Shown piece by piece: positions 26,986 to 40,069 of a stretch of DNA of 64,000 bases. The DNA is from the human T2T-CHM13v2.0 reference genome, Homo sapiens. How positions within the stretch are numbered: the first letter of the stretch is position 1; each line of letters starts with the position of its first letter. The DNA lies in the NCBI RefSeq assembly GCF_009914755.1, contig NC_060925.1. The stretch is one strand, 5' to 3'. The translations under genes and the position numbers were made by a program. The notes beneath the pieces were generated by a model that saw only the letters and a program-made list of their open reading frames with translations, did no database searches and was not told where the DNA came from.

Positions 26986-28410
26986 AAGTTATGGCTATTA
27001 TACTAACAAAGGAAGTAAAATAGAATTAAAAAATCAATTATTCCAAAAATAAGTCAAAGTAAAGCAAAAAATAGATGTGACAGATAGAAAGCAAATAGCA
27101 AAATAGACATGAAACCTAATCATATCAATAATTACACTAGTGCAAATGGTCTAAACACCTCATTTTAAAGGCAGACTACAATATTAAACTAAACAAAACC
27201 GGCAAGAATTAGCTGCATGCTATCTATTAAAAATTAACTTTAAATATAGGGGTACAAATAGGCTAAAAGCAAAAGGATGGAAAAAAATCACATGCTAACA
27301 CTAATTATATTAACATATTAATATTAGACAAAGACTGTTTCACAGTAAGTGATTCAACCAGGGATACAGAGGGTCATTTCATAAGGATAAAGTGGATAAT
27401 TCATCAAAAACATGAAAATTCTTAACACTTATCCACCTAATAATGAGCAATTCCAAATTCTGGAAGCAAAACTTGATAGAATTGCAGAAGAAATGGATAA
27501 ATTCACAATTACAGTTAAAGATTTTAATTCCCCTATCTCAGTAATTGATAGATCAGGTAGACAAAAAATCAGTAAGGATATAGAGGAATTGAGAAACATT
27601 ATCAATCAAATTCACTGGCAGGCAGTCATACTGTAAGAAATGTTAAAAAAAAAAAAAAGGTCCTTCAGGCAGAACAAAATTGATACCAGGTGAAAATATG
27701 GCTATATAAAAAGGAATGAAAAATTCTGGAAGTGGTAACTAAGTAAGTATTCCTTTGAGACCAAATCATAAAAAGACATTTCTAGAAATGAAAGCTAACA
27801 ACAAATTTTCCTCATAAACATGGACGTAAACATCCTTTGCAAAATTTTAGCAAATCAAATCAACAGTCATGACCAAGTTGGGTTGACCCCAGAAATATAA
27901 GGCTACTTCGACATTCAAAATTCACCTTATCAATAGACTAAAAAAAATCTCATTACTATCTCAATAAATGTAGAAAAATCATTTTACAAAAATTTATTTG
28001 TGTAAAATCTCTCAGCAAACTAGGAATAGGAGGGACTTCCTCCACCAGATAAACAGCATTGAAAAAAACCCATGGCTAAAGTAATCTGTAATGGGGAGAG
28101 ATTGAATACTTTCCCCCTAAGATCTGGAATGTGATAAGAATATTTTCTCTCACCACTTGCACTCAGCATTGTACAGGAGGTTCTAACCAGTGCAATTAAG
28201 CAAGAACAAGAAGTAAAAGAAATTAATATTGGAAAGGAAAGAGTTAAACTATCTTTCTTTGCAGACAACATGATCATCTATATAGAACATCTGATGAAAT
28301 CTGCAAAAGAGATACTGAACTAATAAGTCAGTCTAGCAAGATTTCAGGATATAAAATTAATATTAAAATTAGTTGTGTTTCTATACACTAGCAACAATCG
28401 GAAATTGAAT
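26986..28410 (+). mobile_element. Ancient L1M ORF2 fragments (host of the 24399-26985 L1; left part ~24290-24398)
   Basis: EN-like peptide ITVKDFNSPISVIDR (27412-27636); RT-region LFADNMI-like sequence near 28255-28275. Confidence 0.7.
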
Positions 28411-28828
28411 TTTTAATCTCATTTTTGGCATTCTTTATTTATTTTATCCAATTTCACTACATTTAGCTGGCATTCAAATATATCTCGGAGTTTATGGTCA
28501 CCTCTATGATGATTTATTTATTTTTTGTTACAAATGAAGGACTTTCTTAGGGAGATAGAACATGAGTTAATTAATTTTCTAATTTTTAATTGGAAGCAAA
28601 ACTCTGCTACCTAATATAAATCTCAAATTAAACACATGAGGTAAAAATTTTATTGAGAAGTTTATTCTATTGTTTTTGCTACAATTGCCTACAGAGTGAC
28701 AGTGAGTAGTGGAACTGAGGGCCTAGTACTTGGAAGGGAATACTTGACCTTTATAGGGTGCACCAGACAACTTCAAATTATTATAGCAACGGCAAAATCA
28801 CATCACAAGGTAGGACCTAGACACCCAC

Positions 28829-28948
28829 CTGGTTTCCTTCGGGCCCTGGCGTAATGCAGCAGAGCAGCAGCAGCAGCAAGGACGAGGATGCTGAGCACCA
28901 GCCCCGTGATTCCCGCAGCGGTAAGGCCTGTTCTGTTCCTGGAAGTTC
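28829..28948 (-). CDS. FCRL3: FCRL3 exon 10, transmembrane (120 nt)
   Basis: CCACTCAG| GTSRNRTGLTAAGITGLVLSILVLAAAAALLHYARARRKP |GTGGGT. Confidence 0.96.
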
Positions 28949-29285
28949 CTGAGTGGAGGGAGCTGTACTTGAGTTTCAGTGGCACAGGTTTTGGATACAG
29001 ACAAAATCATGCAAGTAGGGTGAGTGTGTTCCAGTTTCTGATTCCTCCTGTAGCATCATTTGTAATTTTCAAAACTATGGCATATGAAAGGTATTCTCCA
29101 GCATCTAAGATTAAAATGTATTTCCTTTCCCTCTCCCATATAAAATCAGTACCAATCTCCAGAAGTCCCAAGCCTTCGTGTGCATGTTCAAAACCTCCTT
29201 GGTGCTAGTAGAATTTGTACAATCTGTCAGATAACTATTTTATTTACCATAACTGTGACCTCTAGCCCAGGTACTATTAACACAC

Positions 29286-29564
29286 CTGTAACATTGAGTG
29301 TCACCACTTTACTGTGCTGGGCCCCCAGGCCATTGTCAGCCTCACATGAGTAGTTTCCAGAATGTTCTGTAGTCAGAGAGAGGTTGAAGGATGCCCCTCC
29401 TCCAGAGTGGGCCGAGATGTTCCCCAAGGTGTCATCCTCGTGATAAAACCAGTACAGGATCGGGAAGGAGCCTCTCAGGGACTCACAGTGAAGCTCCAGC
29501 AGGTCCCCCACCACAGCCTGGGCCCCGGGAGCCCTGAGGGTGAGGACGGGGCGAGACACCGGAA
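29286..29564 (-). CDS. FCRL3: FCRL3 exon 9, Ig domain 6 (279 nt)
   Basis: VPVSRPVLTL...C...YSCEADNGLGAQHSKVVTLNVT; AG/GT ends, phase 1-1. Confidence 0.97.
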
Positions 29565-30029
29565 CTGAGGGAGGAAAAATAGTTCACTGGCAGTTTTACT
29601 TAAGTAGGTATACAAGAGAACTTAATAAAGGAATATGCAGCATAGTTGAGTTGCGGGAACATGCACCTGGATTCTGGAGAACCTGGGCTTCAATCCTGTC
29701 TCTATCCTTTATTAGCTCTATAAGCTTGATTTTTTAAGAACTTTTTAATTTCTCTAAGTCTTAGTTTATTCCTCTGTAAAACTGAGTTAATGATACATTA
29801 TATCTCAAGCTATTGTAATAAAAATCATATTGCATGTAAAGTACTATAAAAATTGGTTATTATTATTGATAAAAATATAGCTAAAATCAAGGTTTCTAAA
29901 ATTCCTACACCTGAATCTTAGCTCTAAGACTGAGACTTCCATACCTATCTAAAGGCAGGACCCATTACTCTCTACCTAATCACCTTGCTTTATTTTTCTA
30001 CATAGCATTTAGCACTACCTGACATCTGT

Positions 30030-30090
30030 CTATGTATGTATGTATGTATGTATGTATGTATGTATGTATGTATGTATGTATCTATCTATC
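30030..30090. repeat. (TATG)n(TATC)n microsatellite within an L2-like remnant
   Basis: Visible tandem repeat. Confidence 0.9.
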
Positions 30091-31281
30091 ATCATTGTTT
30101 TATATGATTCCCCAATAGGATGGAGAATTATCTGTTTGTTCGTTGCTGTATTTATAGCTGTTGGAACTTTGCCTGGCATATAAAATTTATGCTCAATAAT
30201 TGATGATTGAATGGAAAACTGAAGTGAACCAAACTGTCAAAAAAAATCCAGATATAGCTCTAGCAACAATGATTTCTATTTTAATGAACAATTAAAGAAA
30301 TGGCATAGTGGGAAGAATAGAAAGCCCTTAATATCGAATGTTAACTGTAAGATTGCTGGTTCTGCAAAGTTGTGAGGAAAACTGGATGAACCAATCTGTG
30401 TGTAGTGCTTTAGATATAAGCCGTGTGCTTTATTGGCAAGGGTAACTTGATAAGGATCTTAAGCTCTGCTTTCCATCGCAGATGGGCTAAAGGGAATGAG
30501 TGTGAATGTGGAAACTATTCACTGAATGGCAATGATTAAACTTGAAAATGAGCCATCTGCTGGCTGCAAGAAAGATAGCACCAGCTGCCTCATCAGGATA
30601 GAGGTGCCAAGTCCTGATATTGGAAGTGTAGAGTTCCTGCTAAATTGAAACAGATGGTTTGAATTTGTCCCTTCTGTATAGCCTCTAAATATGAAGTGAC
30701 CTGGGCGGGATGCAGAGGGCCTCAGGGGTGAGTCTTTTGTATGGTGCTTTGTGATCTCACTGTGCCTTTCACTCATGTCTCTGGGTGTTCGTATTCTGGA
30801 AAGAGAGATTTCCAACCTCTTGCATCCCCTCCTCTAGGGCTCATGGGACCTCTGGTTCTGAATGCATATTCCCCTAAAATCAAAGAACTTGAAGACTGAA
30901 AAAGACCATGGTTATTGTCAACTTAAGTGGTCTCCAAGATGGGCTATAAGACACCAGATTGAAGTGTAAGAAGAAAATATGAGAACATTTAAGAGTATTT
31001 CTTTTTGAGCTTGAAATTTAAAAAGATATTCAGCTTTACTAATATTCATGGTGGTGCTCTTGCTCAGGTAGATGTCACACTGTGTATTGGGATAGGACAG
31101 GGTTTTTTATGAAGGCAGGGCCACCCAGGCACGGAGGGTGGGACAGCAGTGCCTTGGCTTGTTAGTTAACTCTCAGCATATGGAACATAATGCCCTTTTA
31201 ATTGGCTACTTAAGTGTTTTTACAGATTATTTTAATTTAAATCATAAAATATATTTTTTATTTTTTAATTTAATTTCTGTA

Positions 31282-31578
31282 TTCTTTTTTTGTTTTTTTG
31301 AGACAGGGTCTCACTCTGTTGCCCAGCCTGGAGTACAGTGGTGCAATCATGACTCACTGAAGCCTTGACCTCCTGGGCTCAAGTGATCCTGCTTCTTCAG
31401 CCTCCAGAGTAGCTGGGATTACCGGATCATGCCACCACGCCTTGCTATTCTTTTGTATTTTTAGTAAAGACAGGGTTTCCCCATGTTGCCCAGGCTGGTC
31501 TAAACTCTTGGGCTCAAGCAATCCTTCCTTGGCCTCCCAAAGTGCTGGGATTACAGGCATGAGCCACTGTGCCTGGCC
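31282..31578 (-). mobile_element. Alu (AluJ-like)
   Basis: Antisense Alu with T-rich tail. Confidence 0.88.
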
Positions 31579-31969
31579 AAATCATAAAAGATTTACAATG
31601 CTTTGTAATGAGATTGGGGAGTGACCTCAAACCTTTTTGTATCACATGAAAGTTCACTTATTTTGTGGCAAAGTTCTAAAAAGAGGAATTAAATGTAAAG
31701 ATACGTTACGTGTTTTTCCATGAAGAAAGATTAGTATTTAATTTTTGTTGACTTTTTGGTGATCAGTGGCTACTGACAATGTTAATACTTAGCAAACACT
31801 TTAAAAAGTGACTTTTAACAGTATTTCATATTGCTAATGCTTTTCTAAACTTATGCTATGGAGATAATATTTTGGAAAATAGTTGTTTAAAAATATTTAC
31901 ATTTCTATGTCGTCTTATTACCAGAAAATGTAAGTATGTCAACTTTAAAAATTTATATCTGCACCTTTA

Positions 31970-32424
<455 letters not shown>

Positions 32425-32719
32425 TCAATGAAAACCCTTGCATAGTTAGACTATGGGATTGAAAAATGAGTATCATGGAATTGAAAGAGCAGCAGTGATG
32501 ATCTGCTTCCACTTGGATGTAGATATATTGGTAAGATAAAGCTTTAAGCAGTAACAGACACTAAAACTAATAGGAATAAGGCCAAACTCAGAACCAAACC
32601 TCAAATAATTGTACCACCATAAGTAAACTAAGATTTTCAAAGTAAATGAAGCATATTCAATTATAATAATTTTAGTCAAATATTCTAAATCAAAGATTTT
32701 AAAATATTGTTTATTTCAT

Positions 32720-32770
32720 TTTCTTTCTCTCCTTCCTTCCTTCCTTCCTTCCTCCCTTCCTTCCTTCCTT

Positions 32771-32802
<32 letters not shown>

Positions 32803-33092
32803 CCTTTCGTTGACATGGTATCACTCTGTTGCCCAGGCTGGAGTGCAGTTGTGCAATCTTGGCTCACTGCAGTCTCAACCTCTTGGGTTCAAGTGGTCCT
32901 CCCACCTCAGCCTCCCAAGTATCTGAGAGTACAGGCGCATGCCACCATGCCCAACTGAATTTTGTATTTTTTTGTAGAGACAGGGGTTTCTCCATATTGC
33001 CCACGCTGGTCTCAAACTCCTAAGCTCAAGTGATTTGCCCACCTCGGCCTCCCAAAATGCTAGGATTACAGGCATGAGCCACTGCACCCGGC
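32720..33092 (-). mobile_element. Alu (AluJ-like) with (TTCC)n/(TC)n tail
   Basis: Antisense Alu body ~32807-33092 preceded by a pyrimidine microsatellite. Confidence 0.88.
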
Positions 33093-34372
33093 CCCTTATT
33101 TAATTTCTATTTTTTCTGTTTGTTTTGTAATGTGCCCATTAAGTTAATACAGTAGTACATGTATATAATTAACACACAAATATATGTTATTAATATACAT
33201 ATATGTGGGGTATGTGTTAAATACTTTTGATGGAGAGTGGTGCGAGATCCAGAATTCTTATACCCCCATGATTTGCTGACTCAATTACTTTATAAGGGAG
33301 GAAAATAAGCACAAGACTAGTAAGAAGACTTATTCAAGGTTAAACAAATGATATTTTCTTGTTCAAGACTCGAGTCTCTGTTTCAGCACACTGTCTGGCA
33401 TTCCCAGATTTTAATACCTCCTTAAATCATTACCCAAGTTTGGCCTATAGGAAGGATTATTATTAACCAAAATGTCATAAGTGTTCTAATAGTCTGGAAT
33501 CATTGGAGAACAAGAGTCCATGGCAAAATCCAGAGAATGTATGGGTTTGTGTGACTGGGAATTATTACCATATCTCTCTTATTTTGCCATCTTCTCCTAG
33601 GTCCCAGTGCCCTCTCCCATCCTCCAAATGCTGAGCCCTTTGGGATAACCATGACTTGGACTGGAGGTTCTCTTCTAAATGATTGGGCACATTGCTAATT
33701 GTTCTTAGGGGCTGGACATGGGAAATACGAGATGCCCTGGTGCCTCTGCTGAAGGAAAATTTTGTTAGGGGATACTGAGAACATCAGATTAAATGAGACC
33801 CAATCAGAAGGCATTTGAAAAAAGTGAGAAGGTTAGATAGGTCACTAGAATCTGGAGGCCATGAAAGAGGCCTGCTGCTGTGATCCTAGTGGCTGACAGA
33901 GAACCCACAGAAGTGGGTATCCATGAAGAGAGACACTTTAATGATCCAGGGAGCCAAGTGGGAATTTAGATTGAGATAGGGGCAGAAAACTGTGGCAAGG
34001 GATGATCCAGTCATTTTTTTCCTGGGCAAAGGAATTCAGAAATAAAGGCTTTCTGTGCCATTTTCCTTTGTCAGTAATTGCTGACCCATCACGTGTTTGG
34101 TATTCTGGTAAGCCTTCGTGCCTCTACCAGAAAAAAAAATGAATGGGGTATATGGATGGCTGTTGATGATAATTACAGAGGAATTAAAAAAAGGAATGGT
34201 CTAAGTTACTAAATGTGTAATCACTAGGAAGAATCCCAGAACTCCCAGGTGGAGTCAGAAAGAGTGGGAAGTCTATTGGGATATCAACCAGCAAATAGCC
34301 CAGTGGAGCTATTTCTGAGAAGACATGATCTGTTGTATTGGCTGTTAACTGCTGTGGGTATATCTTGCTTAC

Positions 34373-34651
34373 CTGTGACCCTGAGACTCACTCCATGACT
34401 GTGCTGGGCCCCCAGGCCATTGTCTGCATCACAGGAGTAGTTTCCAGAATGTTCTGCAGTCAGAGAGAGGTTGAAGGAGGCTCCTCCTCCAGAGGGGGCT
34501 GAGCTGTTCCCCAGGGTGACATCCTCATGATAAAATCGGTACAGGATCGGGGGAGAGCCTCTCAGGGACTCACAGTGAAGCTCCAGCAGGTCCCCCACCA
34601 CAGTGTGGGCCCTGGGAGCCCTGAAGGTGAGGACAGGGTGAGATACCGGAA
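34373..34651 (-). CDS. FCRL3: FCRL3 exon 8, Ig domain 5 (279 nt)
   Basis: IPVSHPVLTF...YSCDADNGLGAQHSHGVSLRVT; CCTTCAG| and |GTAAGC. Confidence 0.97.
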
Positions 34652-35083
34652 CTGAAGGAGACAAAAGGGCTGTCAGAGGATTCTGACGTTGTGACAGATG
34701 CACAACCTCTCTCAAGGAGCCTAGCAATGGATATGTCCCTTGTCCCTTGATTGTTTCTGTTTCCCCACTGATCACATTTTTCTTATCTAACAATCAGAAG
34801 CATTTCCCCAAAACAGTGAGAGGTAATCTTGGGTAGTTTTGTTTTCATCACCACTCAGTCTTCCCCGCAAGAAGTAAGGTGCTTCAACTTATTTTGCCAT
34901 CTTTCCATTTCTTGGATAGCTTTTAAATATCTCTCTCTCTCTCTCTCCCCCTCTCTCTCTCTCTGTCCCCACCCCCCTCCCCTCCCTCCCTCCCCGTGCC
35001 TCTTTTAGGAGACCTTAGTGGCTGACAGAGAACCTAAACCCTGGCTTGCAACTCGAGGCTGTGTGAAAGGAATCGGAACTTAC

Positions 35084-35371
35084 TTCTCACGGTGACTCGA
35101 ATCCACGTGCTGAGGATGGGGCTGTGAACGTTATCAGCTGCACAGTAGTATCTCCCTGCATCACTCTCCTTCACGGTGAGAACATGCAGCTCTGCCAACA
35201 GGGAACGCTGGGTCTTTCTACCCAGGCTTCTTACTCTTCCTTCTTTGTGCCAGGAGAATGTGACAGTCCCTGAACCCTGGGCTACTGAGCAAATAAGGAC
35301 CATATTTTCTCCTTCAATCAGCTGCCCTCCGGTGGGCCGGATCTCTAGATTCACATTAGACACAGGGACTC
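35084..35371 (-). CDS. FCRL3: FCRL3 exon 7, Ig domain 4 (288 nt)
   Basis: RVPVSNVNLE...DAGRYYC...IRVTVR; CCCCAG| and |GTAAGT. Confidence 0.97.
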
Positions 35372-36183
35372 CTGGGGGAACACAAGATGGCATGTGAAGG
35401 TCCTGATGGCAGGGACATCAAGGTCAAGGGGAAGGCTGGAGCTACCATGAATAGGCCAATAGCAGCAGGTGCAGCAGGCAGAAGCCCAAAGTAGGAAATA
35501 AGAAATTAATTGTGTATACGATTATAAAGGAAGCAACATCCCTCTCACTCCCACAACATTCCCATCCTTGAGAAATGTGGGCACCAAGTCCATAATCTCC
35601 ATAAATCCAATGTTTTCTGGTCACATTTTATATGCATTTATCTCTAAGGAATCTTTGATGCATCAATAAACCACAAAATAAAAGAGAACACTGGAGATCC
35701 TCTGTTTTGAAGATCAAAATAGAATCCAAACCCTTCTCCTATTCTTCAAGACTTCTCCAGATTTACATCCATGTCTCCATGTCTTTCTCTGACTATTACA
35801 GTTCATATTCATCTTCCCCTTTTCGGACTATTTTGTTGTGAGTTCAGGTTACCAAATGGAAGCACCACAGGGGCCTCTTAAAACTGCATGTGTTCAGCTG
35901 TGCTTCTAGTTGTCTCTTGATTCATGAGAGAACCGATCTTGTACATCTCTGTAACCCCATAGGGTTGGGCAATCAGTAACTGATCAATAATTACTATTAC
36001 CTGACTCAAGTGGAAGAAAATGTTCTAGGGCTGTTAGACCAACGTTGAGCTTAAAGAGAGAAGATTACCAGAATAGCTGGACACTCCTCTCTGTTATGTC
36101 CACCATCCTAGGGGTGCAGGAGATATCACTGGCCTTCCTCTCCCCAGCTCTGACTCTGGAAGAGCAGCCCCTTAGACACTCAC

Positions 36184-36468
36184 TCTGTACACGTATCTGA
36201 GATCTCAGGCTCCTTTTTTTGATGCTGTGAGTCACTGTCTCCACCTCACACCAGTAAGACCCTGAGTCTTCAGTCCACATGGCAGGGATCTGGAGTCTGG
36301 GGGACCTGCTCCAGCCCAATCCGAGGGTCTGGCTATCTCTGAAGAGGGAGAATTGCAGCTGGACATCTGGCCTCTGTGGAGAGAGCTGGGTCTCACAGGT
36401 CAGGGTCATGGGACTCCCCTCTATGGGCGTGGAAGAGCTGGCTCTCAGCACAGGATGTAGAAACAGCT
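36184..36468 (-). CDS. FCRL3: FCRL3 exon 6, Ig domain 3 (285 nt)
   Basis: ELFLHPVLRA...EDSGSYWCE...QIRVQ; CATTAG| and |GTGAGT. Confidence 0.97.
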
Positions 36469-36702
36469 CTAATGAAAAGAAACAACATAGTCTCCAGGGT
36501 GGTGAGGCTCAGAGTTCCTAGAGAGATGCATTTGTCATCTCAGCACCAGCCATCAGGAGATAGAGAAGCATGCAGAAGGAACCATCTCCCTCCCATGGCT
36601 GAGCCATAGGAGACTCTTTATGAAATTCCCACTGATAAACATCTTCCCTTTATCCCCAGTTTCCCTAACAAACCCAGTAATCCACAGGAATCTAGCCATT
36701 AC

Positions 36703-36963
36703 CTTGAACTTGGATATTTAGGGGTTTTGAAGTTACTTCAATGTCAAGTATGTAAAACTTCCTATAAGCAGTACAATGATATTTGCTATTATCCCTGGAG
36801 ACTGAATTCACTGTGATCTTCTCTAAATTATAACTATTAGGAAGCTGTTTTCCATCCTTGTAGTAAACCTTTTGATGAGTGTTTTTGTTGTCTTTCCCCT
36901 GACATCTCAGAATGACATTGTCTCCTTCAAAGACAGGATGTAAAGCCTGCAGGATCAGCCAGT
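36703..36963 (-). CDS. FCRL3: FCRL3 exon 5, Ig domain 2 (261 nt)
   Basis: DWLILQALHPVFEGD...YHC...LNIQVQ (FcR D2-type); TTTGCAG| and |GTAATG. Confidence 0.97.
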
Positions 36964-37427
36964 CTGCAAAGAGCACAGGAGCACACTCAGGTTATCCCCT
37001 GCTGTTTCTGCCTTCACTTTCATTTCCACCCATGAGGCAAGAGCCACAGTTCTATACACACCTGCAAATGGCCCCCACCCACATTGCCATGTGGCCCCAA
37101 ATACCTGATTCTTCCTTGCCCTACAAGGGTGAACCAATTCCCAGAAAATGTTCTTGAGAAATCTTCACATGTCTTTTCACAAAAGAGGAATCCCAGACTT
37201 GAACCCCTTTTTGCCTGATGGCCCCTGGGTCACCCACAATTCTTTGGAGGTAGATGGATAGACAATCCAGCATCATGCTGCTGCCCTATCTCTTTATTTT
37301 CCCCACTGGGGTCAGTGCATCAATCCCCATGTCTGCTTACAACTCTGCCTAGGATCCCTGCATTAACCCGGCCCTCAGGCATTCTGCCTGGTGGCTTGAC
37401 TTTAGACACTCCCCTTCCATTCCTCAC

Positions 37428-37673
37428 CAGGTGAAAATTCCACATGCACGGCATCACTGAGGGAGGATCCTCGGGTCTTACATTGGTAATTTCCAGGCTC
37501 TGTAATTTGGATCTTGTCATGTTTTATTTTCAACAACTTCTCATCGTGATACCAATATGTGTCTCCCTGGGCTAGGGAATGTGATATGCTGCTGCATATG
37601 AGAGCCACTTTTTCTCCTTTGAAGGCTGTGGACCATGGAGGATCGAGGAGAAGTACAGCTTTTGGGGCCACCC
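37428..37673 (-). CDS. FCRL3: FCRL3 exon 4, Ig domain 1 (246 nt); Asp at residue 28
   Basis: GVAPKAVLLLDPPW...GNYQCKTRGSSLSDAVHVEFSP; GTTTAG| and |GTGAGG. Confidence 0.97.
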
Positions 37674-38735
37674 CTAAACAAGAAATAGAAAGATGAAGGC
37701 AGGGGAAGGTCAATGGGAGGTGGGCACAGCACATGGGGAGCCCAACCTACAGTCAGGAGTTTTCCTGGACTAATTTCCAGTCAGGACCAGGGTGGAAAAT
37801 TGAGCAGAAATAACCTAGGGAAATGCCTGGGAAAGAATCTGTTCTTCCTCATCCATTTCCTGGAGGTGGGCAGAAGGGTATTATAGGGGAGAGGTCTCAG
37901 TTTCCTGGCATAGCCTCAGAAAAGCTCAGGAGATGTGATTTGCCATTGGGCAAACACTGCGAAGGCCTCAGAATGTGGCTGATCCTGAAATTCTCTTGTC
38001 CTATACATTTCTGTCCAGATAAAGGTGAACCTGGGATGTATATACCTCAGAAGTAGTTTCTAGACTCCAGAAAATTACTTCCTACTTGTTAACACTTAAA
38101 ATGAATAAGATTTTCTCACTTGTATTACTTTTATATCTCTCTTAGCTTTGAAAGTCTATGGGGAAGGCAACTTTACTCTCCATTTAAGTTGGACACAGTA
38201 AACAATGGAGGGATATAAAGAATTTAAATGGAGGAGGATGGGTTGCTTGAGAAGTCAGACTTGTGTATGGAATTGCAACTGACTGACAGGCATGGAAGTG
38301 AGGTGTGGCAGTGGCATGAGCTCTTTTTGGAGATTTATAAGGATTCTGCTGTAGCATCTTCCTCCGTGGATGGGATCTATTTCTATGTCCTTTGATAGCA
38401 GCACTAGCTTGGACATTCAGAGGGAGATGTACTAGAGAATATGGAGATCACATATGAGATTCCTTCATCATCAGCCTCTTGCCTCTGTCCTTTGCTCTGC
38501 AAGTGTTTCCTTCCTGTAGTCTGAGGAATACTGGTAATGTAGGGAGAAAAAAAAAAAAAAACCTAGAGACTGAAAAAGTCGGAGGAGGCTCTGTTCACCC
38601 AATATAGTAGCAGATGTGACCCCAGAGCATTAGCATTGCTGATGGGATGCGTGCCTGCAAGGGTTAGGGCAGGCTGTGTGGGCTGAGGGGACCAATATCC
38701 AGAGACCAGAGGGGCAGAGAGAAGGAGAAACTTAC

Positions 38736-38756
38736 CTGATTGTTCTCTTCCAGGAG
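38736..38756 (-). CDS. FCRL3: FCRL3 exon 3, 21-nt signal-peptide mini-exon (TPGREQSG)
   Basis: CTCACAG|CTCCTGGAAGAGAACAATCAG|GTAAGT; the 21-nt S2 exon is a hallmark of the FcR/FCRL family. Confidence 0.95.
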
Positions 38757-39502
38757 CTGTGAGGGAGCAGAAAATGACAATCAGACACTCTCCGAAACAT
38801 TTTCTAACAACCTAACCACAACCACTTCTTTTGTTTTTCCTTATCATTTCTTTGCTCCCTTTTTATATCATCCAGAGCCCCTAAACAACAAAGAAAATGT
38901 CATATAATGTATTTTACAAACATGATGGCTTATGTCCAAGGCCTGACCTCATCTCTGCTATTATTTACTTGGCCACGGCACACTTTATTCTCTCCTTCTC
39001 TTCTCTGAGTGCAGAGGCAGACAAGGACTTACAGAAATGGTTTATCCTCCTTTCGTTCCTTGGGCTCCTATTGTTCCCCTCACTTTTTCAATCTCTGATT
39101 AAATTTTGGCTTAAAACTTCTAGAAAACAGTGATGTTTCTCAGTAAACCTTCCTTCACGTGCCTAGGTTTTTAGAAGTAACTGCTCATCTGAAAAATTAT
39201 TTAGTCTGAGGCTTAAGAGGGAGGGTGGGATATAGAGTTGTGGTTTGGCAGAAGGAAAAATCCAAGTTTCCTATGAGGTGAGAAAAGCAGTGGGTGAGAA
39301 ACCAAGGTCAGGATATCTGGCTTGCTCTGATGGTTGCATTTGGAGCCTCTTGGTTGTCCAGGGAACCCAGCTCTGCTCACTTCCCATCCCTTGCTATCTG
39401 TCTCTGAACCCCAAGTAGAAGCAGAGATAGAAGCTCCTTGAGTTTTTCCCTGGTCACCTTTAGGAACTGAGGCCGTGGCCCCATTATAGCCCATCTACTC
39501 AC

Positions 39503-39533
39503 TCAGGATCAGCAGCAGCAGCCACAGAAGCAT
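39503..39533 (-). CDS. FCRL3: FCRL3 exon 2 coding part (MLLWLLLLIL); exon 2 spans 39503-39629
   Basis: ATG at 39533; donor A|GTGAGT; polypyrimidine acceptor CTTGCAG at 39630. Confidence 0.96.
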
Positions 39534-39705
39534 GGGCACCGGCGGGGCAGAGGGTTGGGAAAGTCTGTCTCACCAAAAGCCCGACTTATCTCCAAGAAGG
39601 AGGGCAGGAAGCTGCTACTCAGATGAGACCTGCAAGAATCAGAAAAGGGAAGAAGAGCTTAGTGTCATATTTTGCTTTGGGCTCTGAAAATGTGAATGTG
39701 GCTAC

Positions 39706-39901
39706 CTTCCTAAATGCTGTTTGTATCTCAATCCCGGTAGTGATACATTTTTAGAAGTTGGGGCTCATCTTCCATCAGCTGCAGTCTCTCAGGAGTAATG
39801 TCTCCAAGACTGTGCCTGGGTTCTCTAGAAATATCAAGTTGTGTATTTGCTAGTATTCAAATAATTCTTTCTGTATTTTTCATATGGGAAACCCCTTCAC
39901 T
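39706..39901 (-). other. FCRL3: Probable non-coding exon 1 (5'UTR) of FCRL3
   Basis: Donor AAG|GTAGCC at 39706/39705 gives a 76-nt intron; TSS inferred from the -169 numbering of the kappaB variant, so approximate. Confidence 0.6.
39886..39895 (+). promoter_or_regulatory. Second kappaB consensus GGGAAACCCC near the TSS
   Basis: Exact match to GGGRNWYYCC. Confidence 0.5.
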
Positions 39902-40069
39902 ACCTTGTCTTCACACAGCCTTTGGTTCTGCATGCAGCTCCTAATGTAGGCAAGCTTAATGAGCGTGGTGTGAATCACACAGTCAAGGTGTCAAGCATAT
40001 GCCTTTTTGACTTTCACATAAGTTGTTATGAGGCTTCTGAACAGGAAAATAATACAAATGTACAGATCA

